IMG/VR virus record: IMGVR_UViG_3300045988_043612
Location: 1 to 37,574 of that record
DNA length: 37,574 bases
Source: a virus
Reading direction: 5' to 3' (one strand)
Shown here: positions 1-7,332 of the stretch, piece by piece
Position numbering within the stretch: position 1 is the stretch's first letter
How the letters are laid out: every line of letters starts with the position of its first letter
Made by a program: the position numbers and the translations under genes
The notes under the pieces: model-generated
What the model was told of the DNA's origin: nothing
Database searches by the model: none
What the model saw: the letters and a program-made list of their open reading frames with translations, nothing else

Positions 1-119
1 CGGACCACAAAGAACGTCCATTGATACCCCGATGAACGAATCTTTGACAAACATGTTGTTCTTGGTATCTGCTGCGAAGCACCGGATACTTACGCTTCCG
101 GGTATCAACGTGTTACCGC
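1..119. repeat. Left copy of the 119-bp terminal overlap (identical to 37456-37574)
   Basis: Read directly: cggaccacaaagaacgtccattgat...caacgtgttaccgc is present at both ends. Confidence 0.97.
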
Positions 120-378
120 TAAACTCCGTTACACCATCCGTGTGAACGGGATTCTCGCCTCTAAAGAATCCTCCTATGAATGCGTTATCCTTGATACGCA
201 CATCCGGTCTTGTGCTTATGTCTCCGCTATCCAGCCAGCATTCGCCTTCCTGCGATAACTGCGTTTCGTCTGCGATAAAACCTCCCAGTCTTCCCTTAGG
301 TATAAAGCCACCGAGAGAGTAAATGTCTCTCTCGGCTACTATTCTACCAGCACTATTTATACTGTATTTCAATCCCAT
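1..378 (-). CDS. 5' end (N-terminal 90 codons) of tail fibre/receptor-binding protein 2; the gene crosses the circular junction and continues at 37455 down to 35101
   Basis: ATG at 378-376, one nt after the stop of the upstream fibre gene (TAA at 382-380). Hand translation gives MGLKYSINSAGRIVAERDIYSLGGFIPKGRLGGFIADETQLSQEGECWLDSGDISTRPDVRIKDNAFIGGFFRGENPVHTDGVTEFSGNT. It runs in frame into LIPGSVSIRC..., the start of the track ORF 35101-37563, whose 'M' is a TTG at 37563 (equivalent to 108). Bases 1-119 duplicate 37456-37574. Confidence 0.85.
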   Translation of the reverse strand, partial: MGLKYSINSAGRIVAERDIYSLGGFIPKGRLGGFIADETQLSQEGECWLDSGDISTRPDVRIKDNAFIGGFFRGENPVHTDGVTEFSGNTLIPGSVSIRCFAADTKNNMFVKDSFIGVSMDVLCGP

Positions 379-379
379 G

Positions 380-2380
380 TTACCAAGTTGCTTTTGTTGG
401 CGGTAGCTCCGGTCTGTTCACGTCATCCGGGCTAGCGATCACGTGTTTACCGTAAATCGTTCTGCTACCAGCACTTAAGTTAAAACCTCCTACTAACTCC
501 ACATGCCCGTGTGAGATCACTTGTCCTGTTCCGGTGATCTTTGCGTTGTCCTTCATGAAGATAACGCCATCTGCGGTCAATGATGCGACATCATCGTCGC
601 GGGTGATCTCGGCATTGCCAGCCATCGCAAGGAACTGAGCAACCACGACTGCACCGATTACGGCATTGTCTCCCATCTCGATGTTGATCGTTGCTCCTGC
701 TGCGTTCGCTTGCTTGGTGATCTGCGCATTGTCCAACATCACCAATCTGCGGATCGACGGCTTATTAGCCACGGTTTCCGGGATGAACTTCGCATTGTCA
801 GCCATGTAGACATAGCCTTCCACGTTCCCGTTCTTCAGCTTGGCATTGTCACCAATGTACCCTGTACCCTTGAGAGGTGTGTCTTCGATCTGAGCGTTTC
901 CCTCAACACGGAAGTTACCGTTGATCTCTACGGGATCAAGGCTGGTCGAATGCACCTTGCTAGCACCGCCAAGCGTTCCACCGAATACGTTGCATCCGAT
1001 GATGTTGAATACACCGTCCAGCACGCAGTCAGCGTACACCACGGAGTCGTATGAACTCTCCAATGCACCGTATCCCATATGCTCAACAGAAGCGTAGTCC
1101 TGCACCAGCATCCCGAATACCTTGTCATCAGCGTTGCGATAGAGGCGATACATCCCTTCTACGTTGGAAGATACAAGAATCGTCTGTTCCTGTTCAAGCA
1201 GGGTCTTTCCGAGATGCTCAGAAGCCTTAGTGAAGTCGATGTTATCCCATACGTTCACCTTCGGGTCGTAGTAGTGAATCGCTGAACCTACGGGCATGTT
1301 ACACTGCTTGAAGTAGAACGTCTTACCGGATGCATTCATAGCGGTTAGGTCCGGAAACACTACCTTAGAATATTCGAAGTTCGGGCAATCCGAGACATCA
1401 AACATTTCTTTTCTTGCCACTGGTACGTCTACGCTAGCGGGAGTATTCATGTTCGTGTTACGGAATACTCCCGATACATAATTATAAGTGCCCGCCGTCA
1501 TTACCATGTTGTAATTAATTTTAGTAAAATCGGCGTTTACGGCGAATGTATTTCGCCCGTTGAACACACATTCCGAACGAAGATACGAATTCTCTACGTT
1601 TACAGAAGTAGCCGCATTGGTTGCCTTCACTACTAAGAACCGGAAAATATTGCCGGCGTCCACCACCGAACCATTATACGCGGGAACAATGGACGAATTA
1701 AATATGCGTACCGTGGCTTCCCTTGCCTGTGTTATCGTGATACCCGCTGCTGTCACGTCCGCCGGAGAAATCGCCTTTTCCCCTACTTTGCGGACATCCA
1801 CAAGGATATACGGTGCTGTCGAAGTCAAGGTAACAGCAGGACCGCCAACAGTCCAAGCAGTTGCCGATGTTATGATTCCGGCTTCGTTCAATGAAATTAA
1901 CCTAGCTTCGTAGGCGGTGCTTGTGATAGCCACCTTTCCCACTGTTCCGGCAAACAACGGCACCGGAATTCTCACACGGACAGATCCGGCGTTCTTAACA
2001 GGGACGCTTCCTACCGATGCGGTGTACCCACCTTGTTCAAACATCGCAGGAGTCTGCGCCACATCGAACGATTGCGTTTCAAACGAGATAGCTCCCATGA
2101 TGCGGGAATTACCGGAAATGATAGTAGCTTTAGGTCTAGCGTTAGCTTTTGGTAGATTGCTACCCATGTCCACAATAGCCTCATCCATAACACGTACACC
2201 GGGATATTCCAGTGACCCGCTAAATATCCAACAGTTACCGTCCTGTGATAACGTATTAGCATCGTAGACGTATCCGCCTAGTTCCATAGGACAAACGTCC
2301 CGCCCTTGTACCGTGAAGTGGCGTAACGCTCTTACACGTTTACGCCCGTCTTCATCGATAATGTCATACTTACAACTCAT
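380..2380 (-). CDS. Tail fibre / receptor-binding protein 1 (666 aa)
   Basis: The N-terminal segment LSQDGNCWIFSG is paralogous to LSQEGECWLDSG in the next gene. It has one FEQGGY-type module (about aa 111-215) and a central WDNIDFTKASEHLG motif shared with fibre 2. The C-terminal third (about nt 461-868) is a run of DNAxI/GNAxI repeats (GDNAKLKNG, MADNAKF, MLDNAQI, MGDNAVI, MAGNAEI, MKDNAKI) typical of beta-helix fibres. Confidence 0.65.
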   Translation of the reverse strand: MSCKYDIIDEDGRKRVRALRHFTVQGRDVCPMELGGYVYDANTLSQDGNCWIFSGSLEYPGVRVMDEAIVDMGSNLPKANARPKATIISGNSRIMGAISFETQSFDVAQTPAMFEQGGYTASVGSVPVKNAGSVRVRIPVPLFAGTVGKVAITSTAYEARLISLNEAGIITSATAWTVGGPAVTLTSTAPYILVDVRKVGEKAISPADVTAAGITITQAREATVRIFNSSIVPAYNGSVVDAGNIFRFLVVKATNAATSVNVENSYLRSECVFNGRNTFAVNADFTKINYNMVMTAGTYNYVSGVFRNTNMNTPASVDVPVARKEMFDVSDCPNFEYSKVVFPDLTAMNASGKTFYFKQCNMPVGSAIHYYDPKVNVWDNIDFTKASEHLGKTLLEQEQTILVSSNVEGMYRLYRNADDKVFGMLVQDYASVEHMGYGALESSYDSVVYADCVLDGVFNIIGCNVFGGTLGGASKVHSTSLDPVEINGNFRVEGNAQIEDTPLKGTGYIGDNAKLKNGNVEGYVYMADNAKFIPETVANKPSIRRLVMLDNAQITKQANAAGATINIEMGDNAVIGAVVVAQFLAMAGNAEITRDDDVASLTADGVIFMKDNAKITGTGQVISHGHVELVGGFNLSAGSRTIYGKHVIASPDDVNRPELPPTKATW

Positions 2381-2382
2381 AA

Positions 2383-3021
2383 TTACTTGAATTTAGATTT
2401 CTGCCTCTCTACTTCCTCGTGCCTTGCGCTAATCGCCAATATCACATCGGAGTAGTTTATCAATTTAGCCTCCTCGAAGGAGCACGACATCAACTCAGAC
2501 GCCAGTTGCACCATACCAAGAATACTTTTAGCCTCGCTAATCGGATTACTCTCTACGGAACCACTGCCGCCCGGTAACAACATCCTTTCGAACTGGTCCG
2601 CTTTCTCGACTTCTTCAGCGATGTACTTCGTTAGCTTAATCATATCCGCCACTGTTTCGGGTACGTACCCGGCTGTCCATGCACGGATTCGCTCAAGCGC
2701 GGTCTCCGCGCGTCTCGTCTCAAGCATCTGCCACAACGTGATGTCTTCCAAAGACGGACAAGTGAAGTCGATCCGACCATTTCGAGTAATCCACCGCGAA
2801 GGTAGCAAATATTCAGACATAACCTGCAGTAACCGCGCATCATCTTCGCTTAACGCCGCCATTTCGTCAGGGGACAGGTTGGCGATAATCAGTAAAGCGG
2901 CTAATCTCTGTTTCCGGCTGATGCGCCGAATCGTCCACTTGTACGCCTCCTTGATAGGGCGGAGCAACGGTTTCACATGGAACATCCAAACGTAGTTCCT
3001 ATAACTCTTGAATTTATTCAT
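2383..3021 (-). CDS. Hypothetical protein (212 aa) between terL and the fibre genes
   Basis: Long minus-strand ORF in the gene array; helical, with no motif I recognise. Confidence 0.7.
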   Translation of the reverse strand: MNKFKSYRNYVWMFHVKPLLRPIKEAYKWTIRRISRKQRLAALLIIANLSPDEMAALSEDDARLLQVMSEYLLPSRWITRNGRIDFTCPSLEDITLWQMLETRRAETALERIRAWTAGYVPETVADMIKLTKYIAEEVEKADQFERMLLPGGSGSVESNPISEAKSILGMVQLASELMSCSFEEAKLINYSDVILAISARHEEVERQKSKFK

Positions 3022-3094
3022 AATGCGTATTCTCTATCGGTCCACGGATTGAAATCTTCCTCTATCGGCGGACCCGGTTCAACTTGATACTGTC

Positions 3095-4261
3095 TCATTC
3101 TTGGTTGCGGGCTTTACCCGGTTTATACTTGGTTATCAGAAAGTCAACGGCGTAGCGGGTAGCGTCCATTGCATGGTTGTGGTCGTCTATCGCCTCTGTG
3201 GTGTCATACAAGCCCGTCATTCGGTCTAACACGTAGGAGTAGGTATCCAGTTCATCCGTGATGCCTCGGCTTCCCACAACCACGCAAATCTTCTTGAACT
3301 GCTTGATCTGTGCGATTCCCGCCATGATAGATCCTCTACCTTTGATACAGGGAATCACCCTACAACCTAATCGGCTAATCTCGGCGATACTCTTCTGCTC
3401 CGCTATATCGGCAACAGTGATCACCTTGTGAAGCCCTTTCGACTTCAGCAGGTTCGCGATATCCCAATTCAGAAGTCCCGGTGTGTATGCGATTTCTTGC
3501 AGGTACAGGACATCGCCCACGAATCCCACCTTAATGATAGCCGTAGGGTCTCCGGTGAATCCGAAGTCCATGCCGAGGCAATACTTCGCGTCTGCCGGGA
3601 AATCCTGCACCAGTTCGTATTCCGGGAATATCAGACCCTCCGTACCACCCGTTTCGCCTTCACCGAACACCCGCCACCAGTTAGCGTCGGATTTGTTGGA
3701 TTCGATTTCCTCCACCTGTTCGGGTGTCAGATACGGATTATCACGATACGTGGATACTATCTCTACCATGTTGTCACCAGTGAAGTAGTCGTGTGCCCAA
3801 AACTTCTTCACTGGATTGAAGTCTACGAACAGCATGAGACGGGTACGCACCGCCATCTGACGGAACACTTCCTTCGGGACTCTTTGCGCCTCGTTTACGA
3901 AGAGTATGTCACGTGCTGGACCGAATACCTTAGCGGAGTTCTCGCAGCCGAAAAACTCGATCTGAGACCCATTCTCCGTGGTGTAGATCATCTCGGTGTA
4001 CTGCATCCGCTTTTCCTCCCATACCCCTTCGTCCTGCAACATTCGTTTGAAGTCACGGAACATACCACGCTTCACTCCAGGCAGCGTATCGGTGACACAC
4101 GAGATAAGAAGCGGTGTCTCCGATTGAGTCGCCATCAGGTAGATCAGTTGTAGCATGCTCCACGTCTTCGAAGAACGCGTTCCGCCTCTGCTAGAGACCC
4201 CGCGAACGTTCGGGTCTACTGCTGCTGCTAACAGCTTGTCGAATACGTAGGTGGTCTTCAT
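3095..4261 (-). CDS. terL: Terminase large subunit (388 aa)
   Basis: N-terminal Walker-A-like SSRGGTRSSKT, Walker-B-like ILFVNEA, and C-terminal nuclease-type acidic motifs GMDFGFTGDPTA and DDHNHAMDATRY. Overlaps the upstream small-subunit gene by 4 nt. Confidence 0.9.
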   Translation of the reverse strand: MKTTYVFDKLLAAAVDPNVRGVSSRGGTRSSKTWSMLQLIYLMATQSETPLLISCVTDTLPGVKRGMFRDFKRMLQDEGVWEEKRMQYTEMIYTTENGSQIEFFGCENSAKVFGPARDILFVNEAQRVPKEVFRQMAVRTRLMLFVDFNPVKKFWAHDYFTGDNMVEIVSTYRDNPYLTPEQVEEIESNKSDANWWRVFGEGETGGTEGLIFPEYELVQDFPADAKYCLGMDFGFTGDPTAIIKVGFVGDVLYLQEIAYTPGLLNWDIANLLKSKGLHKVITVADIAEQKSIAEISRLGCRVIPCIKGRGSIMAGIAQIKQFKKICVVVGSRGITDELDTYSYVLDRMTGLYDTTEAIDDHNHAMDATRYAVDFLITKYKPGKARNQE

Positions 4262-4884
4262 TCGTCCTCCTTCCGGTCCTTAAGATTCTCAATCCCTTTC
4301 GCCTTCCATTCCCGCTTCTTCGCGATCCCCTTAAGCGCGTTGATGTGCCCTGCGGCTTCCGCACTGAGCACTTCCACCTTCAGAGAACCTTCCACCTTCT
4401 CGCCGCCGCTTGTCACGTCCCTGTATTCTCGCAGACCCCTCAGCTTCGAAATGTAGGAAGCGTCGAATTGCCCGACGGTCGCGGACTTGTCCATATCATC
4501 CCGAATCCATTCCCGGATGTTATCGATCTCCTGCATGAACTTCAATGATTCCAAGTCATTGAACTTCTCGTGCATCTCCTTGTACCTTTTCATCCGGTCA
4601 CCGAGATAGCTTCCGTAGGCGCCGATGAATTGCGTGAATCCGAATTCGGTCACCAGTAGCTTCATTTTCTTCGTGTATTCCCGTCCAGCCTGCATCCCTG
4701 ACTTCACATAGTCGAGAATCTCTAGGGGGTGATTCCGGCACCACTGGACGTAGATGTCGAAGACCTCCCGTAGCTGTCCCGGTTCGTCGAATAGTGGTGT
4801 CTTGCCGAAACGTGCGGTATACAGGCTCCACAGTTCATCTCCGGTGTACGGGTCATATAAGTCGTTTAATAATTTATTCGCCAT
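4258..4884 (-). CDS. terS: Putative terminase small subunit (208 aa)
   Basis: Sits immediately upstream of terL and is translationally coupled to it. It is the first gene after the 866-bp non-coding region. The helical N-terminal half is followed by a basic/acidic tail. The assignment rests mainly on position. Confidence 0.6.
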   Translation of the reverse strand: MANKLLNDLYDPYTGDELWSLYTARFGKTPLFDEPGQLREVFDIYVQWCRNHPLEILDYVKSGMQAGREYTKKMKLLVTEFGFTQFIGAYGSYLGDRMKRYKEMHEKFNDLESLKFMQEIDNIREWIRDDMDKSATVGQFDASYISKLRGLREYRDVTSGGEKVEGSLKVEVLSAEAAGHINALKGIAKKREWKAKGIENLKDRKEDE

Positions 4885-4913
4885 AATAGGTTTACGCGTG
4901 GTTAATTAAGCCA

Positions 4914-4921
4914 CAAAGGTA
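4914..4921 (-). promoter_or_regulatory. Candidate -7 box TACCTTTG (TAnnTTTG) upstream of terS
   Basis: The minus strand reads ctcctacctttgtggc about 30 nt upstream of the terS ATG (4884). No good TTTG lies at the expected -33 position. Confidence 0.4.
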
Positions 4922-4963
4922 GGAGAAACAAACGAATATTCCTAGTTCCATCGAACCGAATTA

Positions 4964-5007
4964 GGGGGGTCGCGATTCGCGAGGTCCCGCACCGAAAAGC
5001 ACCCCCC
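4964..5007. other. GC-rich nested hairpin (GGGGGGT ... ACCCCCC enclosing CGCG-att-CGCG) in an AT-rich leader
   Basis: G6 at 4964-4969 pairs with C6 at 5002-5007. An inner 4-5 bp hairpin lies at 4970-4982. No U tract follows on either strand. Confidence 0.5.
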
Positions 5008-5323
5008 ATTTCCTTGCTAGGCTAAGTAAGCATCTGATTCTCAGACACTTGCAAAAATGGCTAGATACAAGATTTTTTACTGCACCCGGTAACTGCCTAT
5101 CGTGCAGACAGTTACAACGATTTGGATAGATAGATGGGGTAGTTCCCTATAACTTAGAGAGAAAACACTGTTTGGTATACATTTTTTACTTCCTTTTCTT
5201 CCTTTTCTTCTGTTTTTTCAGTAATATTCCATCTCAAAGTCTTTGCAAAATAGCATTTTATCTATCCATTCTTAGCTAACTACCTATCAATCAACTACTT
5301 ATATAGGATAGATATAAATATAT

Positions 5324-5372
5324 GATCTATCCTAATTAATGTTAATCAACTAGAAATGAGCGATTTACACAG
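5324..5372. repeat. 49-bp module copy A1 (ATCTATCC-N5-AATGTTAATC.ACT..AAATGAGC.A.TTACA.AG)
   Basis: Hand alignment to 21727-21775 gives 38 of 49 identical positions without gaps. Confidence 0.85.
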
Positions 5373-5389
5373 GATTGTTAAAATACCTT

Positions 5390-5438
5390 CATCTATCTTA
5401 ACTGATATGAAATGACTGATTTTCAGCAAGTTACATAG
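5390..5438. repeat. 49-bp module copy A2 (diverged)
   Basis: Same length. About 32 of 49 positions are identical to 21727-21775. Both are preceded by CCTT and end in TTACATAG. Confidence 0.7.
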
Positions 5439-5670
5439 CCTTATTACCCTTTTCGCTCCCAAGTCATTCTATCCACTATTTCGTGGATTCTCATATACAA
5501 TTTATTCAAAACCTTTGGCATGCCTCCGTATTCTCCGGAACTTGAACAGTTTTGCATAGAATTGTTTTATTAAAATTTTCGCAGCCAAAAATAATTACAG
5601 GCTCAAAAAATAAGCAACCTCTTTTCTCTAGTTTTGAGAAATTCCCGAAGAAACCTCAACGTACACGGAA

Positions 5671-5712
5671 AACTGAAAACGCGAATCCAGTTTTTTAGGC
5701 TGAATCCGCGTT
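5671..5712 (-). terminator. Candidate intrinsic terminator after the 204-aa gene
   Basis: The minus strand reads AACGCG-gatt-CAG-cctaaaaaa-CTG-gatt-CGCGTT followed by TTCAGTTTTCC. The stem is interrupted by a 4x4 internal loop. Confidence 0.45.
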
Positions 5713-5751
5713 AAATGACCCCTTTCGGGCAAACACAATTTAGAAATTATC

Positions 5752-6366
5752 TTACAACATTATCGCACATTCTTTGGCTACCCTATTAAGAAATTCATCT
5801 TTCAGCAGCGGATTTCTTTCGCCATCCAAGAATACCCATGCGTCACCGTCCCATCCGAACAACGATATGCTGCCATCAGTGTAATGCCTCAACTCATAAA
5901 TCTGTGGCATTTCCGACCCTTTCGTTCTCTCCCTGCTGACGCGTAGCACCCGCTTCGTCCGTGATTCCTTCGCTGCTAGTTTTTCCTCGAACTGGGCGGC
6001 TTCGTACCGGTCTGTGGACAGACAGGCGTTCACCATCTTCTTTCTCTCTTCGCTGACGGACAGCGGGCTTCTCCGGCCAAACAGATTCTTGCAGTAGGTA
6101 TGAAACTCGATGCTGTTATCCTCTATTACATGTGCCGGGCAAAGGTATCGCGGGTTCCCCCGCTTTCGTATGTCCAGTTTCGGAACGTACCCGCGTTCCC
6201 TCACGAAGTTAAGGAACACGAATGTCCGTACATTAAATATCTTAGCGATCACCCGCGCGTCTACATAGCGGTCAGCGCTGCTACGGCTAGTGTCATTATC
6301 GTTCCGGCTACGCATCCCACGAGCATCGCCATTATTACCGAAATTATGATTGATTTCATTATCCAT
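5752..6366 (-). CDS. Putative DNA-binding protein with an HTH_17/excisionase-like motif (204 aa)
   Basis: A disordered Asn/Arg/Ser-rich N-terminus is followed by ARVIAKIFNVRTFVFLNFVRERGYVPKLDIRKRGNPRY. This fits the pattern 'helix, turn, recognition helix, G-x-hydrophobic-P, beta wing'. It is the last gene before non-coding region A. Confidence 0.5.
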   Translation of the reverse strand: MDNEINHNFGNNGDARGMRSRNDNDTSRSSADRYVDARVIAKIFNVRTFVFLNFVRERGYVPKLDIRKRGNPRYLCPAHVIEDNSIEFHTYCKNLFGRRSPLSVSEERKKMVNACLSTDRYEAAQFEEKLAAKESRTKRVLRVSRERTKGSEMPQIYELRHYTDGSISLFGWDGDAWVFLDGERNPLLKDEFLNRVAKECAIML

Positions 6367-6376
6367 GGTTATTTAA

Positions 6377-6553
6377 TTAAAGCGTTATACCTATGATAAC
6401 CCCGATAGCGATTCCCAATGAGACCCCCACTATTGTTCCTATCCCCATACCCCACGTACACAATCGTCCCGTGTCTACTCTCAATTCCTCATGCACAGCT
6501 TGCGGACGTTCAAGTTCTTTCCTGCATTCTCTCAATTCTTGTTCAGTACTCAT
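6377..6553 (-). CDS. Small tail-anchored membrane protein (58 aa), below the ORF-track cutoff
   Basis: Hand translation: MSTEQELRECRKELERPQAVHEELRVDTGRLCTWGMGIGTIVGVSLGIAIGVIIGITL. The ATG is at 6553-6551. It fills the gap between two called genes and has a C-terminal Gly/Ile-rich TM helix. Confidence 0.6.
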   Translation of the reverse strand: MSTEQELRECRKELERPQAVHEELRVDTGRLCTWGMGIGTIVGVSLGIAIGVIIGITL

Positions 6554-6565
6554 AATTTTATATAT

Positions 6566-7138
6566 TTATTTATAGATTAAGAAAGTCATTATAACACCGA
6601 TTGAAACTCCCGCCATTACCGCGATCCAGTTATAAAAAACTACACCCGTCTTGTATCGGTCGTACTCGTTTGCCAGGTCTTTTAAGCGTGACCTCAGCCT
6701 GTTGTTCTCGATTGATAGGTCAGCGATGTGTATCTGCATATCCTCTTCCGCTTTCTCCAGCTTGTACTTCTTTAGGCAATCCGGACAAAGTTTATCCGGT
6801 AAGCCTCCGTACTTCCCTTGTACCCTAGTTAGCAGGGAAGGGTGGACGGCTTTCCCACACATGATACATTGTTCCCGTAAAGACTCGTGCGTGCCAGGCG
6901 CAAACTTAATCGCCGCCTCTGCTACCTTCGACTCATCCCCGAATTCCCGTAACCGCGCGGCGGCTAGCCGGTCTTGCTTCGCTTTACCAGCATCCTTTAG
7001 CTTCTTCTCGGCGTGCGTCTTGATGAAGGCGTGAGCGGCGATTTCATTGCACCTTCTACACAGGCACACACCGTAGTTGTACATTAGCAACTCACCTACT
7101 CTTGTCTCTCCGCATACTGCGCAAATCGGGTCGTTCAT
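6566..7138 (-). CDS. Double zinc-ribbon, coiled-coil, C-terminal TM-anchored protein (190 aa)
   Basis: Cys pairs CAVCGE...CLCRRC and CIMCGK...CPDC; a coiled-coil segment ADLSIENNRLRSRLKDLANEY; and a terminal TM helix VVFYNWIAVMAGVSIGVIMTFLIY. Confidence 0.7.
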   Translation of the reverse strand: MNDPICAVCGETRVGELLMYNYGVCLCRRCNEIAAHAFIKTHAEKKLKDAGKAKQDRLAAARLREFGDESKVAEAAIKFAPGTHESLREQCIMCGKAVHPSLLTRVQGKYGGLPDKLCPDCLKKYKLEKAEEDMQIHIADLSIENNRLRSRLKDLANEYDRYKTGVVFYNWIAVMAGVSIGVIMTFLIYK

Positions 7139-7332
7139 CTGTCGCCTCCTTTCTTTACGTCTGCGATAGCCCTAGCGAAACTATCTAGCCCATACTTGGC
7201 ACGTATCAGCGAGGCATCTTTAAACTTTTGGTCTTTCTTTTCCCAATATCTCGGGCAGTAAGAACCTACGATGGTGACGTAGCGGGTACCGCCGTCTATT
7301 ATTTCTTTCCAGCATTCAACACATTTAATCAT
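7135..7332 (-). CDS. Small zinc-ribbon-like protein (65 aa)
   Basis: CVEC ... C (CPRY) cysteine pattern; 4-nt overlaps with both neighbouring genes. Confidence 0.6.
   Translation of the reverse strand: MIKCVECWKEIIDGGTRYVTIVGSYCPRYWEKKDQKFKDASLIRAKYGLDSFARAIADVKKGGDR

Larger units (their letters stand above)
5034..5477. repeat. Iteron field A: box-1 sites in both orientations, plus box-2 and box-3 motifs
   Basis: Box 1 (GGATAGAT/ATCTATCC): GGATAGATAGATGG 5124-5137; ATCTATCC 5260-5267; inverted pair AGGATAGAT 5305-5313 with ATCTATCCT 5325-5333; ATCTATCT 5391-5398; CTATCCACT 5469-5477. Box 3: CTGATTCTCAG 5034-5044 and CTGATTTTCAG 5416-5426. Box 2: CAGCAAGTTACATAG 5424-5438. Confidence 0.85.

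Noticed and set aside
3032-3068. Direct repeat CTCTATCGG x2 (3032-3040 and 3060-3068) between terL and the 212-aa gene, reminiscent of the CTATC core of box 1
   Set aside because: There are only two short copies in a 73-bp spacer, with no surrounding conservation with regions A or B. This is compatible with chance.
4940-4965. tRNA-like GGTTCGAT (T-loop-like) on the minus strand next to the GC hairpin
   Set aside because: The flanking bases cannot form a 5-bp T stem, and no acceptor or anticodon arms can be drawn. I found no tRNA anywhere in the non-coding regions.
5355-5414. Micro-ORFs inside the 49-bp modules that begin with similar peptides (MSDLHR... at 5355, MSNLHR* at about 21758)
   Set aside because: They lie on the plus strand, opposite to all genes. 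They are 6-19 codons long, and their similarity is fully explained by the DNA-level repeat. There is no start context or coupling.
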